64,000 nt of DNA from Acidimicrobiia bacterium (GCA_050329955.1 JBHJOH010000077.1:14455-78454); one strand, 5' to 3'; positions 49,814 to 60,830 are shown, numbered from the stretch's first letter. The notes: generated by a model from the letters alone, not told the origin. Numbers and translations are program-made.

Positions 49814-52282
49814 TCATTCGTACGCGATCGCTCCCAGCACGTCAAGGCGTCCGGCTTTGCGGGCGGGCCAGGCGGCGGCGACAACGCCGGCGATGGCGGC
49901 CGCTCCGAGCCAGATGGCGAGCTGACCGAACGGTATGTCGATTGCGCCGAGGCCCTCGTCTGCGAGGGAGATCACTACTGCCGTGCCGAGGGTCGAACCA
50001 ACGATCACCCCGAGCGTCGCCCCGAAGACGGCGATGATGACCGCCTCGGATCGGATCATCCGGCCAACCTGCCCACGTCCCATGCCGACCGCCCGCAGCA
50101 GGCCGATCTCCCGGGTCCGCTCCACGATCGACAGCATGAGGGTGTTGGCGATGCCCATCACCGCGATGAGGATGGCCAGTCCGAGCAGGCCCGTGAAGAG
50201 GCCCACCAGCTGGTCGACCTGGCGCTCGGCGTCGGCGATGACCTCGGATCTGGTCGAGACTTCGACGTTGGGGAACCGTCCGAGGGCGGTACCGAGGATG
50301 TCCGCCCCCTCGTCCACCGACACACCTTCTGTCAGCGACACGAAGGCAAGCGAGGCGTCGAGTGGACCCACGGCGTCGTCGAGCGTCTGTACCGCCACCA
50401 GAATCGTTCCCAGGTTGGCGTTGGTGAATGTGCCCGTCAACGCGACTTCGACCGGGCCGGGCCCACCTTCGATGGTGACCATGTCGCCGATCGCCAAACC
50501 CCTGTCAGTGGCCGTCCCTGCCAGCATGAGGGCGCCGTCGGCCAGCAACGCCGGATCCCAGCCGTCGCCCCCGTCGAACACGGCTCCGATGCTGGCGGGA
50601 TCGACCCCGGCCCAGTCCTGCCAGAACGTCACCGGCGACAGCACCGCCACCTCGTCGGTTTCAGCCACGGCTTCGAGCGCCGCATCGCTGATGCCTACGG
50701 CGAAGTTGCTGCTCTGCAGCGACAGGTCGGCGGGGAAAGCCTCGTCGAGTGTGTCGACCACCGAGGCCTTGACCGAGGCAGCAAACACCGACACGAACGC
50801 CACCAGCGCCACACCGATCATGAGGGCCGATGCGGTGGCGGCCGAGCGCCGGGGATTGCGGGTGGTGTTCTCGCGGGCCAGCTTGCCGGTCACGCCCCGG
50901 AACGGGCTGCCCAGGATCGCCGCCGCCGGCCGCGAGAACAGCGGGGCGAGCACCGAAACGCCCAGGAACACGACCAACGCTCCCGCTCCCACCCAGATCG
51001 CCGGGCTCGGGATGTCGCCGAACAGCGACATCCCGATCGCGGTCGATCCGGCCAACAGCGCGGTGCCGCCCACCATCCCACGTCGTCGGAGTGAGCCGGG
51101 TGTCGAGGTCTCGATGGCCTCGGCCCGCATGGCGGCCACCGGCGGCACCTTGGCGGCCCGGCGGGCGGGCAGCAGCGCCGACACCAGCGTGACCACCACA
51201 CCCACCCCCATACCAACCGCGATCGTCCGGGGTAGCAGGGTGATCGGTCCGTCGGGTACTTCGAGGCCGAAGTTCGCCATCCCCGCCTTGATTCCCATCG
51301 CCAGGCCGATGCCGGCCGCTACTCCCACCGTCGACGCCACCACTGACACCATCAGCGCCTCGATGGTCACCAGCCTGGTGACCTGACGACTGGTGGCGCC
51401 GATCGCCCGCAACAACGCCAGCTCGCGTGTCCGTTGCCCGACGATGATCCGGAAGGTGTTCTGGATGATGAAGCCGCCCACCAGCACCGACACAGCAGCG
51501 AACGCCAGTAGGGCCGTGTTCAGGAACGACAGGCCCTCGGTGACTCCGTCGAGCTGCTCGCTGGTCTGCTGCTCACCGGTGACCGCCTCCAGTCCTTTCG
51601 GGAGGGCCTCGCCGACCACGTTTGCAAGTTGATCGGGCTCGAGCGAGCCCACTGTGTCGATGGAGCTGAGCTTGCCCTCCAGATCGAAGAGCCGTTGTGC
51701 CTCGGACAGCTCGAAGACGGCCAGGGTTGCCCCCGCCAGATTGTCCTCTGTCCCGAAGTTGACCAGCCCGACCAGTTCGAACTCCTCGACACCGCCCTCC
51801 GTCTGGATCTCGACCAGATCGCCCAGCGACCACCCGTTGGCTTCGGCGGTGGCAACGTCGATTGCGGCCTCGCCCGGCGCCGCCGGTGCCCGACCGTTGC
51901 CGTCGGCGATGCGGAGCGGGTTGAGTGCCTCGGCGTCGATCCACGAGAACCCGAGCGTGGGGGGACCCTGCCCACCGATGGGGTCGCCGGCCTCGTCGAC
52001 GATCTGGGCGAATCCCTCCACGAACCCGGCTGCCTGCTCGACCCCGTCGAGTGCGGCGATCCGGTCGAGGACGGCGGCGTCGATGGCGGTGTCGTCAACC
52101 GGGCGGACCGTCACGTCGATGCCGGCGTAGACATCGGAGAACAGGTTCTCGAAGCGGGCATTGATGGTGTCGGTGAACACGAAGCTCCCCGACACGAACG
52201 CCACACCGACCACGATGGCGGCCGCCGTCAGCAGGAACCTCAACCGATGGGCGAGCACGCCCTTGAGTGCGGTGGCGAACAC
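49814..52282 (-). CDS. ABC transporter permease, FtsX-like fold, MacB-type with two permease domains
   Basis: 822 aa with 4 TM helices, a large extracytoplasmic domain, then 4 more TM helices. Plus-strand ORFs 49397..51094 and 49935..51386 are antisense artefacts. Confidence 0.85.
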   Translation of the reverse strand: MFATALKGVLAHRLRFLLTAAAIVVGVAFVSGSFVFTDTINARFENLFSDVYAGIDVTVRPVDDTAIDAAVLDRIAALDGVEQAAGFVEGFAQIVDEAGDPIGGQGPPTLGFSWIDAEALNPLRIADGNGRAPAAPGEAAIDVATAEANGWSLGDLVEIQTEGGVEEFELVGLVNFGTEDNLAGATLAVFELSEAQRLFDLEGKLSSIDTVGSLEPDQLANVVGEALPKGLEAVTGEQQTSEQLDGVTEGLSFLNTALLAFAAVSVLVGGFIIQNTFRIIVGQRTRELALLRAIGATSRQVTRLVTIEALMVSVVASTVGVAAGIGLAMGIKAGMANFGLEVPDGPITLLPRTIAVGMGVGVVVTLVSALLPARRAAKVPPVAAMRAEAIETSTPGSLRRRGMVGGTALLAGSTAIGMSLFGDIPSPAIWVGAGALVVFLGVSVLAPLFSRPAAAILGSPFRGVTGKLARENTTRNPRRSAATASALMIGVALVAFVSVFAASVKASVVDTLDEAFPADLSLQSSNFAVGISDAALEAVAETDEVAVLSPVTFWQDWAGVDPASIGAVFDGGDGWDPALLADGALMLAGTATDRGLAIGDMVTIEGGPGPVEVALTGTFTNANLGTILVAVQTLDDAVGPLDASLAFVSLTEGVSVDEGADILGTALGRFPNVEVSTRSEVIADAERQVDQLVGLFTGLLGLAILIAVMGIANTLMLSIVERTREIGLLRAVGMGRGQVGRMIRSEAVIIAVFGATLGVIVGSTLGTAVVISLADEGLGAIDIPFGQLAIWLGAAAIAGVVAAAWPARKAGRLDVLGAIAYE

Positions 52283-52283
52283 G

Positions 52284-53111
52284 TCAGTTCCCCAGCAGTT
52301 TCATGCGGTCCAGTACCGACTCGGGCGTCGGCCGGTCGAGTTGGTCGACCACCGCTCCGTCGGCGAGGAAGACCACCCGGTCGGCGTAGCCAGCGGCGGA
52401 GGGGTCGTGGGTGACCATCACGATGGTCTGGCCGAACTGGCGCACGGCATGCTGCATGAAGCCGAGCAGCTCGGCGCCGCTCTTCGAGTCGAGGTTGCCG
52501 CTGGGCTCGTCGGCGAAGACGATCTCGGGTCGGGACACCAGCGCCCGGGCGGCGGCCACCCGCTGCTGCTGCCCGCCGGACAGCTCGCTCGGACGGTGCG
52601 CCAGCCGATCGGTCAATCCGACGGTGGCAACCACCTGGTCGAACCAGGGGCGATCCACGCTCTCCCCGGCGATGGTGAGCGGGAGGACGATGTTCTCCTC
52701 GGCGGTGAGCGTCGGGATCAGGTTGAAGGCCTGGAAGATGAAGCCGACCTTGCGGCGGCGAAGCTCGGTGAGCTTGCGGTCGTTGAGGGTGCCGAGCTCC
52801 ACGTCACCGATGTGGACCGTTCCTGCGTTGAGCGAGTCGAGGCCGGCGATGGTGTGCAGCAGCGTCGACTTGCCCGAACCCGAAGGCCCCATGATGGCGG
52901 TGAACATGCTTCGTTCGAACTCGACGGTCACGCCGTCGAGTGCCTTTACGACGGCATCGCCGTGGCCGTAGTGCTTGACCCCGCCCGACATTCGGGCCGC
53001 GATGCCGGATCTGATCTCTGTGAGTGTCACGTCGTCTCCTCGTGTGCGGTACTCGTCGAGATCATCGGGGACCGGGCCGGACGTGACCATCGGGGATGAC
53101 CCGCCGGACAC
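52284..53111 (-). CDS. ABC transporter ATP-binding protein (MacB/LolD type)
   Basis: Walker A GPSGSGKST, signature LSGGQQQR, Walker B IVFADEPSGNLD. The start may be the internal MSGGVKHYG at 52991. Confidence 0.85.
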   Translation of the reverse strand: MSGGSSPMVTSGPVPDDLDEYRTRGDDVTLTEIRSGIAARMSGGVKHYGHGDAVVKALDGVTVEFERSMFTAIMGPSGSGKSTLLHTIAGLDSLNAGTVHIGDVELGTLNDRKLTELRRRKVGFIFQAFNLIPTLTAEENIVLPLTIAGESVDRPWFDQVVATVGLTDRLAHRPSELSGGQQQRVAAARALVSRPEIVFADEPSGNLDSKSGAELLGFMQHAVRQFGQTIVMVTHDPSAAGYADRVVFLADGAVVDQLDRPTPESVLDRMKLLGN

Positions 53112-53206
53112 CCCTGGCGTGTCCGGGTCGGCTCAGGGAGGGTTGGACGCGCTGGCGAACCGGGTGCGAAGGCCAACGAGCCGACGGCCCCGTGCCGGGG
53201 TGGCGG

Positions 53207-54121
53207 TCAGCCCATCGCTTCGATGGTGTAGCCCGCCTCCTGCAGCGACCTCCGGAACCACGACCACCCCTGGTCGAAGGCGATCCGCTCCTGCTCGATC
53301 GCCGCCACAGGCGCCAGCAGGTTGCCGTCGATGCGAACCGCCCCCTCCCGGGGGATGAACGGTGGGGTGTCGGGGGTGGTGGCCGCTCGGAGTGGAGCCA
53401 CGTACGACCAGACGTTCTCGAAGCAGAACCGCCGCACGCCAGCTGCGTAGAGCCGGTTGGTCTGGTCGATGATCGGAAGACGGCCCGCTCCCATCGGCAC
53501 ACCCTGGACCCACCTCCCGTGGTGGTCCTCCACGATCTCGTGATCCTTGGCGTGAACCCGGGCGGTGTAGGGCGCCATCGCCTCGAGGGCGGCGATGGGG
53601 TCTTCGCCCACCATCTGACTGTTCCCGTAGTCGTACAGTGCCCGAATCGACGGGTGGTCGACGGCGGCGAGGATCCGGGCGATGACCGGACCGGTGAAGT
53701 CCTCGTGGTTCTCGAGCACCACCAGCACCCCGGCATCGGCTGCCATCGGTCCCACCGCCACGAGATCACCGATGGTCCGCTCGATGATGTCGGGGAGGTC
53801 GCCGGTGTGGCGGGTGTAGGTGCGGAGGGTATCGGCTCCCACCGCCGTGGCCACCCCGAGCATGTGCTGTACGTGTTCGGGCTCGGTGCTCGAGGTGTCG
53901 ATCTCACACGGCATCCCTGTCAGGTGTTGGCGCACGGAGGCCAGGTGGGCGGAGGAAATGCCGCCCAGATCACGGAAACCTGGCCCGTTCGCTGAGATGT
54001 TGACTCCGGTGAAGCCCTGCGCACGGGCGTGGTCGATGTAGTCGAAGACGTTCATGGCCTCGTACCGCAGATGGAACCGAAGGCTGAAGCTGTGGACGTG
54101 CATCCCGATCGACCGGCTCAT
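53207..54121 (-). CDS. Sugar phosphate isomerase/epimerase (xylose isomerase-like TIM barrel)
   Basis: Conserved VLENHED...HAKD pattern. Confidence 0.7.
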   Translation of the reverse strand: MSRSIGMHVHSFSLRFHLRYEAMNVFDYIDHARAQGFTGVNISANGPGFRDLGGISSAHLASVRQHLTGMPCEIDTSSTEPEHVQHMLGVATAVGADTLRTYTRHTGDLPDIIERTIGDLVAVGPMAADAGVLVVLENHEDFTGPVIARILAAVDHPSIRALYDYGNSQMVGEDPIAALEAMAPYTARVHAKDHEIVEDHHGRWVQGVPMGAGRLPIIDQTNRLYAAGVRRFCFENVWSYVAPLRAATTPDTPPFIPREGAVRIDGNLLAPVAAIEQERIAFDQGWSWFRRSLQEAGYTIEAMG

Positions 54122-54969
54122 GCCAACTCCTGCAGTAACTGTGCCTCAGCCTCCAGCGCCCGTCGGTACCTGGCTGCGACCTCGGGGTCGGAGCCGGAGA
54201 GGCGGTGCGCCCTGGCGGAACAGTAGGCGGCGATCCGCCAGAGGTAGGCGGGTCGAAGTGCCTGGAAACGCTCGACCGTCTCGTCGTGGTCGTACGCCGC
54301 CAGGAACGACTCGACCTCGGACCGGCCCAGTGGAGGCCTTTCGTAGAGGATCTGCATGGCCGGAGACGTGAAACAGACGATATCCTCGACGGCGTCGCCG
54401 TCGCCGGGGCATTGCCAGTCGATGAGCCGCAGGCCCTGCGGAGTGGAGATCATGTTCCCTGGGCCGCAGTCGGTGTGGACCAGCGAACCGGCCCGGCCTT
54501 CCCGTGACAGGCGGGGGAACGGCAGATCGAGCGTCGCACCGCCCCAATCGAGGATCGCCCGGGCGTGGGCGAGGATCCCGGTGGAGCCGACGGCAAGAGG
54601 CCGCAGACCGACCGGTTCGATGTCGTGGACCCGCCTCAGCAGCCGGGCCGCTTCCGACACAGACCCGTCCCAACTCGGGCCCTCCAGGAACTTGGTGACC
54701 AGCAGCCGTGCTTCGGGCACATAGGCGACGGGGTCGGAAGCGATGCGGCGACCGGCGATCAACGCCGTCGCCGCCGCCTCGATGGCCGGGTCGTTCGGGA
54801 AGTAGGGGTTGTCTGAAGAATCGGCGAAGCGTTTCGCCACCCAGCGTCGTCCGTCGCCGAGATCCAGCCTCACGACGGTGTTCCAGTACCCGCCGCTGAG
54901 AGGCGTCTCTTCGACCGCGGTCCCGCTCGGGATGACCCCGGCTTCGATCAGGTCCTGCACGATTCCCAC
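54118..54969 (-). CDS. Phosphotransferase family protein (APH/choline-kinase-like kinase fold)
   Basis: LVHTDCGPGNM (Brenner motif) and LIDWQCPGDGD. ATGA overlap with the downstream gene. Confidence 0.7.
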   Translation of the reverse strand: MGIVQDLIEAGVIPSGTAVEETPLSGGYWNTVVRLDLGDGRRWVAKRFADSSDNPYFPNDPAIEAAATALIAGRRIASDPVAYVPEARLLVTKFLEGPSWDGSVSEAARLLRRVHDIEPVGLRPLAVGSTGILAHARAILDWGGATLDLPFPRLSREGRAGSLVHTDCGPGNMISTPQGLRLIDWQCPGDGDAVEDIVCFTSPAMQILYERPPLGRSEVESFLAAYDHDETVERFQALRPAYLWRIAAYCSARAHRLSGSDPEVAARYRRALEAEAQLLQELA

Positions 54970-55007
54970 GATGCGGACAACCGTATCGGGCGCAGTAGGT
55001 TTCGGCC

Positions 55008-55655
55008 ATGACCAATGGCGACCGGATGCGAGAGATCAGGACCGACTACGAGGCCGAGGGCATCGACGTGGCCGACGTCGACCCTGATCCGGTGGTGGAG
55101 TTCGACGCGTGGTTCACCGGTGCCATCGAGGCGGGGGTGGATCAACCGAACGCCTTCGTGCTGTCGACGGTCGGCCCGAACGGGCGGCCCTCGGCGCGAA
55201 CTGTGCTCATGAAGGACTTCGATGGCGCGGGGTTCGTGTTCTTCACCAACTACCAGAGCCGCAAGTCGAACGAGATCGACGACAACGACGCCGTGTCGAT
55301 GCTGTTCCTGTGGCTCCCCTTGCACCGCCAGATACGCATCGAGGGGCGGGCCACGCCGGTCCCAGCGGAGGAGTCCGACGATTACTTCGCCACCCGCCCC
55401 CCGGCGGCGCGGTTGGGTGCCCACGCTTCCCCTCAGAGCCGTGAGATAGCGAGCCGTCACTGGCTCGAGGCCCGGGTCGCAGAGCTCGAAGTGGAGTTCC
55501 CCGACGCCGCGGCTCCCAGGCCGGCCCACTGGGGCGGCTTCCGTGTGGCTCCCGACCTCTTCGAGTTCTGGCAGGGGCGACCCAGCCGTCTTCACGACCG
55601 GGTGCTCTACGTTCCCGCCGAGGGCGGTTGGAAGCGTTCGCGGCTGGCCCCGTAG
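55008..55655 (+). CDS. pdxH: Pyridoxamine 5'-phosphate oxidase
   Basis: PNPOx signatures: RTVLMKDFDGAGFVFFTNYQSRK, RIEG, WGGFRV, EFWQGRPSRLHDR. Confidence 0.85.
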   Translation: MTNGDRMREIRTDYEAEGIDVADVDPDPVVEFDAWFTGAIEAGVDQPNAFVLSTVGPNGRPSARTVLMKDFDGAGFVFFTNYQSRKSNEIDDNDAVSMLFLWLPLHRQIRIEGRATPVPAEESDDYFATRPPAARLGAHASPQSREIASRHWLEARVAELEVEFPDAAAPRPAHWGGFRVAPDLFEFWQGRPSRLHDRVLYVPAEGGWKRSRLAP

Positions 55656-55707
55656 CTGCGCGGTTCCCAGCTGGTCGGGCTTTCGATGCCGTCTCTACAC
55701 TCGCACC

Positions 55708-56457
55708 GTGCGGCTTCACGTCCTCGGTTCCAATGGTACCTACCCTTCGCCCGGTCGGCCGGCTTCGGGCTATGCCGTCGAGCACGGTTCCACGGTGATC
55801 TGGATGGACGCCGGACCGGGCACGTTCACGGCACTGTGGGACCGCTTCGACCTCGGATCGATCTCGGCGATCATCGCCTCACATGAACACCCCGACCACT
55901 GCCTCGATCTGCTGGCCGCCTACCACGCCCTCGCCTACGGCGCCGATTCCCATCCTCCGATCCCGGTCTACTGCCCCAGCCCCGTGGTCGATCGCGTACG
56001 CGGATTCGTGCGAGCGGGGGAGGGGCATGCCATCGACACGGTGTTCGACTTCCGGCCGGTAGAGGGCGGCGACGAGGTGACGATCGGTGACGTGTCGGTG
56101 CGGTTCCGTCGTGCCGATCACTCGGTGCCCACCATCGCATCCAGACTCGAGGCAGGGAACCACGTGCTGGCGTACTCGGCCGACACGGGGACCGCGGGGA
56201 GTTGGCACGACATCGCCGACGACGCCGACCTGTTCCTGTGTGAAGCCTCGTACCAGGGGGAACCGGGAGCGCACGCCTACACCCAGCACCTGACCGCCAA
56301 CGAGGCGGGGCGCATCGCCCGGGAGCGGCGGTCCCGGCGGCTGGTGCTCACCCACATCCCACCGCATCTCGACGCGTCGATCTCGATCGACGAGGCCGAG
56401 GCCACCTTCGACCGGCCCGTCGCATTGGCGGTGCCGGGAGCGATCCACGAACTGTGA
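55708..56457 (+). CDS. MBL-fold metallo-hydrolase
   Basis: ASHEHPDH motif. GTG start. Confidence 0.7.
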   Translation: MRLHVLGSNGTYPSPGRPASGYAVEHGSTVIWMDAGPGTFTALWDRFDLGSISAIIASHEHPDHCLDLLAAYHALAYGADSHPPIPVYCPSPVVDRVRGFVRAGEGHAIDTVFDFRPVEGGDEVTIGDVSVRFRRADHSVPTIASRLEAGNHVLAYSADTGTAGSWHDIADDADLFLCEASYQGEPGAHAYTQHLTANEAGRIARERRSRRLVLTHIPPHLDASISIDEAEATFDRPVALAVPGAIHEL

Positions 56458-56464
56458 GGACGAT

Positions 56465-57166
56465 ATGGCGAGAGACCGCGCAGACGACGAACTGAGACCT
56501 GTCCGTATGCACCTGGCGTACACCCAGAGCACCCCCGGGTCGGTGCTGATCGAGATGGGACGCACCCGTGTGTTGTGCACGGCGTCGGTGGAGGACGATA
56601 TCCCCCGTTGGATGCGCGACTCCGGGAAGGGCTGGGTGACCGTCGAGTACGGCATGCTTCCCGGGTCCTCCAACGATCGGATCCGGCGCGACTCCTACAC
56701 CAAGGGTCGCCAGCAGGAGATCTCCCGGCTGATCGGCCGGGCATTGCGGGCGGTGGTGGACACCACCGCCATGAACGAACGGATGGTGCGGGTCGACTGC
56801 GACGTGATCGAGGCCGACGGTGGTACCCGCACCGCCGCCATCACCGGCGCCTGGGTGGCCTTGTGGGACGCCTGCCAGTGGGCGATCGACCGTTCCATGA
56901 TGACCCGCAACCCGATCATCGACCAGGTGGCCGCTGTTTCGGTGGGGATGGTGGGGGGTGCAACACTTCTCGATCTCGAATACGAGAGCGACGCAGCGGC
57001 GGACGTCGATCTGAATGTCGTCATGTCCGGCAGGGGAGGACTGGTCGAGGTGCAGGGCACCGCCGAAGGTTCGGTGTTCGACCGGGCCGACCTCGACCGG
57101 ATGCTCGACCTGGCCGAGGTCGGCGTCGCCGAGTTGCTCGACCTCCAGAAGCAGGCCACGGCGTGA
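56465..57166 (+). CDS. rph: Ribonuclease PH
   Basis: RNase PH motifs CDVIEADGGTRTAAITGA. Confidence 0.9.
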   Translation: MARDRADDELRPVRMHLAYTQSTPGSVLIEMGRTRVLCTASVEDDIPRWMRDSGKGWVTVEYGMLPGSSNDRIRRDSYTKGRQQEISRLIGRALRAVVDTTAMNERMVRVDCDVIEADGGTRTAAITGAWVALWDACQWAIDRSMMTRNPIIDQVAAVSVGMVGGATLLDLEYESDAAADVDLNVVMSGRGGLVEVQGTAEGSVFDRADLDRMLDLAEVGVAELLDLQKQATA

Positions 57167-57744
57167 TCGAGCGGCTGGTCGTTGCCTCCAAGAACCGTGA
57201 CAAGATCGCCGAGATGGAGTCGGTGCTGGTCGGTACCGGCCTGGTGGGCGAGATCGTGCGCGGGCTGGAGTGGCCTGACGTCGACGAGACCGAGGGCACC
57301 CTCGAAGGCAACGCCCTGCTCAAGGCCCACGCCGTGTTCGCCGCCACCGGGCTCCCGTCCGTCGCCGACGACACGGGGCTCGAGTTGGCGGCGCTAGGTG
57401 GTGAACCGGGTGTCTTCACCGCCCGCTACGCCGGACCCGATGCCACCTACGACGACAATGTCCAGAAGCTTCTCGACGAGCTGACCGGCCACGCCGACCG
57501 AACGGCAGTGTTCCGCACCGCCATCGCCCTGGTGGCACCCGGCACCGAGCCCGTCGTGGTGGAGGGTCACATCGTCGGTCGCATCGCCGAAGAGCGCCGG
57601 GGAAGCGGCGGCTTCGGGTACGACCCGGTCTTCGAGGTGGACGGCCTCACCTTCTCCGAGATGGGAACAGACCGGAAGAACGAATTGTCGCATCGAGCCC
57701 GCGCCATCCGGGCGTTGGCGGAGGTGTTGAGAGCTTCGAGCTGA
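57163..57744 (+). CDS. rdgB: Non-canonical purine NTP pyrophosphatase (RdgB/HAM1)
   Basis: ASKNRDK...ADDTGL...FGYDP motifs. GTGA overlap with rph. Confidence 0.85.
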   Translation: MIERLVVASKNRDKIAEMESVLVGTGLVGEIVRGLEWPDVDETEGTLEGNALLKAHAVFAATGLPSVADDTGLELAALGGEPGVFTARYAGPDATYDDNVQKLLDELTGHADRTAVFRTAIALVAPGTEPVVVEGHIVGRIAEERRGSGGFGYDPVFEVDGLTFSEMGTDRKNELSHRARAIRALAEVLRASS

Positions 57745-57828
57745 GAGCTGCGAGCTTCGAGCTACGGGCTACGGGCTACGGGCTACGGGCTACGAGCTAC
57801 GAGCTACGAGCTACGAGCTACGAGCTAG
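57731..57828. repeat. Heptamer tandem array (CGAGCTT, CGAGCTG..., CTACGGG x4, CTACGAG x5) overlapping the last codons of rdgB
   Basis: Read directly. Confidence 0.7.
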
Positions 57829-57923
57829 TAGTGACTTTCCGGCCCGACCGGCGTCTGTTCGCCGCTGGTGGCGGCGTCATGCCTACGGAGCCGCTTCGGC
57901 GAAGTCGGGCCGCATATTCACAG

Positions 57924-58006
57924 TGCGGGCGAGAGGACTCGAACCTCCAAGGGACCTGCCCACCAGATCCTAAGTCTGGCGCGTCTACCATTTCCGCCAC
58001 GCCCGC
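57924..58006 (-). tRNA. tRNA-Leu (anticodon TAG), long variable arm
   Basis: Reverse complement GCGGGCGTGGCGGAAATGGTAGACGCGCCAGACTTAGGATCTGG...GGTTCGAGTCCTCTCGCCCGCA. Confidence 0.8.
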
Positions 58007-58142
58007 GTGACCAGGCCGATTGTGCCATCTGCACGACAGGTTTCCATATGGACATGTTCCAGTCACCTGTGAGTCCCGACCCGGCAACCAGACTTCGATA
58101 CGTTCGCCGACGGAGTCCTGGAGTGCGAGGGAGGCATCTCGA

Positions 58143-60421
58143 ATGCGATCGATCCGCCGCCGAAGCATCGGCGTGACACTTACATCTGCGGCACTGGTGT
58201 TCTCACTGGTACCGGCTGCGGTGGGAAGTCCCACCGAGTCCAACTCGTCCGTGTGTCCACCTTCTCGGTGTACACCAACAACGCCGACCCGGCCGCCGAG
58301 ACCGTGGCCGAGATCGTGGCGGCGTCTTCTGATGGAAAGACGCTGATCTACACCGATGGCTCCAACGCCACCCTCGGTTTCGTCGACATCGCCGACCCTT
58401 CGTCCCCCAAGCCGTTGGGCACGGTCGACCTGCCGGGTGAGCCGACCTCGGTTGCGGTGGTGGGTCGTTTCGCCGTTGCCGGTGTGAACACCAGCGAGTC
58501 GTTCATCAACCCTTCAGGCGAACTGGCGGTGATCGACATCACCCGACAGCGCATCGTGACGAGTCTTGACCTGGCGGGTCAGCCCGACTCGGTGACGGTG
58601 AGCCCCGACGGGAAGTACATCGCGATCGCCATCGAGAACGAGCGCGACGAGGACGTCACCGTCGACGATGTCGAAGGAGGCCTCCCGCAGGCACCCGCCG
58701 GCCTCCTCCAGATCGTCGACGTGAAGGGCGCACCGCGAAACTGGGACATCCGTGACGTCGACATGACCGGTCTGGCCGGCTACGGCGCCGATGATCCCGA
58801 GCCCGAGTTCGTCGATATCAACACGCGCAACCAGGCGGTCGTGACGATGCAGGAGAACAACCACCTCGCCATCGTGGATCTGCGGCGTGGCACGGTCACC
58901 CGTGACTTCCCGGCCGGTACGGTCACACTCGTTGGTGTGGATGCGGTGGAGGATGGCATCATCTCGCTGACCGACACGATCACCGACATTCCCCGTGAGC
59001 CCGACGCAGTCGCCTGGATCGGCACCGGCCGTTTCGCCACTGCCAATGAGGGTGACCTGTTCGGCGGAAGCCGTGGGTTCACGGTCTACGACATGACGGG
59101 TCGTGTCCGCTACGACTCCGGAACCTCCTTCGAGGAGATCGCGGTGGCACACGGGCACTATCCCGAGGACCGCTCCGAGAACAAGGGTTCGGAACCCGAG
59201 TCCATCGAGTTCGGCCGCTTCGGTGCCACCAACTACCTGTTCGTCGGTTCCGAGCGGGGAAGCTTCGTCAACGTCTATCAGATGAGGGGCGATCAGCCGT
59301 CGTTCCGTCAGCTCCTGCCCACGGGTCTCAGCCCCGAGGGTCTGCTGGCGATCCCTGGCCGCAACCTGTTCGTTGCCTCCACCGAGGCCGATGATCCCGA
59401 GTTCGGTGTTCGCACCACCATCATGATCTACGAGCTCGTGAAGGGCGCACCCGCCTACCCCGGGATCATGTCGGTGGACGGACCTGACGGCACGCCCATC
59501 CCGTGGAGCGCAATGTCGGGCCTCGGAGCGGACCCGCACGATGCCGACACGCTCTACGCCGTGTGGGACTCGTATTACTCCGAGAGCAGGGTCTTCACCA
59601 TCGACGTCAGCGAAACGCCGGCGAAGGTGGTGGAAGCGATCACCATCGACGGCGGGACGGGCAATTACGACCCGGAGGGCGTGGTTGTCGCTCCTGACGG
59701 AACCATGTGGATCGCCTCCGAAGGCAACGCTTCGGGCTCGAGGACTAACCGCCTCCTGCAGATCGATGCGGCCGACTCGGTGCTGGCCGAGGTCGAACTG
59801 CCTGCCGAAGTCCTCGCCTGTCGGGCGGCGTCGGGGAACCGTGGATCCCTGGGCGCCGGCTTCGAGGGCGTGACGGTGGTCCCGTCGGCCGGCGGGTACA
59901 CCCTCGCCATCGCTCAGCAGCGCGGATGGGACTACACCACCGACGGCTGCGAGGATCTGGACGACGATCCCAGCGGCGCCAATTCGGGTGAGCCCGGATA
60001 CACCCGCATCTGGACATACGACCCCGTCACCGGAGAGTGGGGTTCGATCGCCTACGAGCTCGAGCCCATCACGACTTACGCCGCCTGGACCGGTCTCTCG
60101 GAGATCACCGCCTTGGAGGACGGATCGTTCGTGCTCATCGAACGGGACAACGTCACCGGCGACTGGGCGGAGCTGAAGACGCTGGTGAAGGTGACTCCCG
60201 AGGCGATGGCCGACGGGGTGATCGAGCGGTCCGAGAAGCTCGTGTACGACGTGCTTCCCGACATGCAGGCGTCCAACGGTTGGATCACCGACAAGCCCGA
60301 AGGCTTTGCGGTCGCCGCCGATGGCCAGACCTACCTCATCACCGACAACGACGGAGTTGAGGACTGGTCCGGTGAGACCCAGTTCCTGCGGCTGGGCACG
60401 ATCGACAGCCTCTTCGACTGA
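58143..60421 (+). pseudogene. Secreted ~750-aa beta-propeller-like protein (phytase-like or choice-of-anchor-type repeats). The signal-peptide frame and the body frame are offset by 1 nt near 58240-58255
   Basis: ATG at 58143 after a GGGAGG ribosome-binding site encodes MRSIRRRSIGVTLTSAALVFSLVPAAVG (signal peptide) in frame 0. The conserved body (ORF 58253..60421) is in the -1 frame, which opens only at 58178. A (GT)3 run sits at the junction. Confidence 0.55.
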
Positions 60422-60444
60422 GCAGAAGGTCCATAAGAACCGGA

Positions 60445-60472
60445 GGGCCCCGGGCGGTGACGTCCGGGGCCC
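60445..60472 (+). terminator. GC hairpin GGGCCCCGG-N10-CCGGGGCCC downstream of the secreted-protein gene
   Basis: Read directly. Confidence 0.45.
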
Positions 60473-60830
60473 GGTCCGCGTATAGCCGGAGGTTGGGAGC
60501 AGGCCGGAGGCCGGAAGCAGGAGGCCCGAAGCCGGAGGCGCGGCAGGCAGATCGTACAACGTACAACGTACCGGATCCGCTTCAGGCACCGTTGGCAGTG
60601 GGAGCCTCTGATCAAGGAGGATCGCATTCCTCGGCCCGTCACGCCGAGAGCTACGACGGGTGCCTGAAGCGGGTTTCAGGGGTGGCAGGCTGAGGCCGGA
60701 GGCGGTGACGTCAGAGGCCTCAGGGACGTGGCGACAGATTTCAGGTAGAGGGCCTACACCCCCGGCCCGTCACGCCGAGAGCTACGAGGAGTGCCGGGGG
60801 GTTTCAGGGGGGTCGTCCCCACTGGAGTGA

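Noticed and set aside
58020-58346. Separate 108-aa ORF upstream of the beta-propeller gene
   Set aside because: Only its first ~30 codons (signal peptide) look real. The remainder is Pro/Arg-rich. It is interpreted as the frameshifted 5' end of the downstream gene, not an independent gene.
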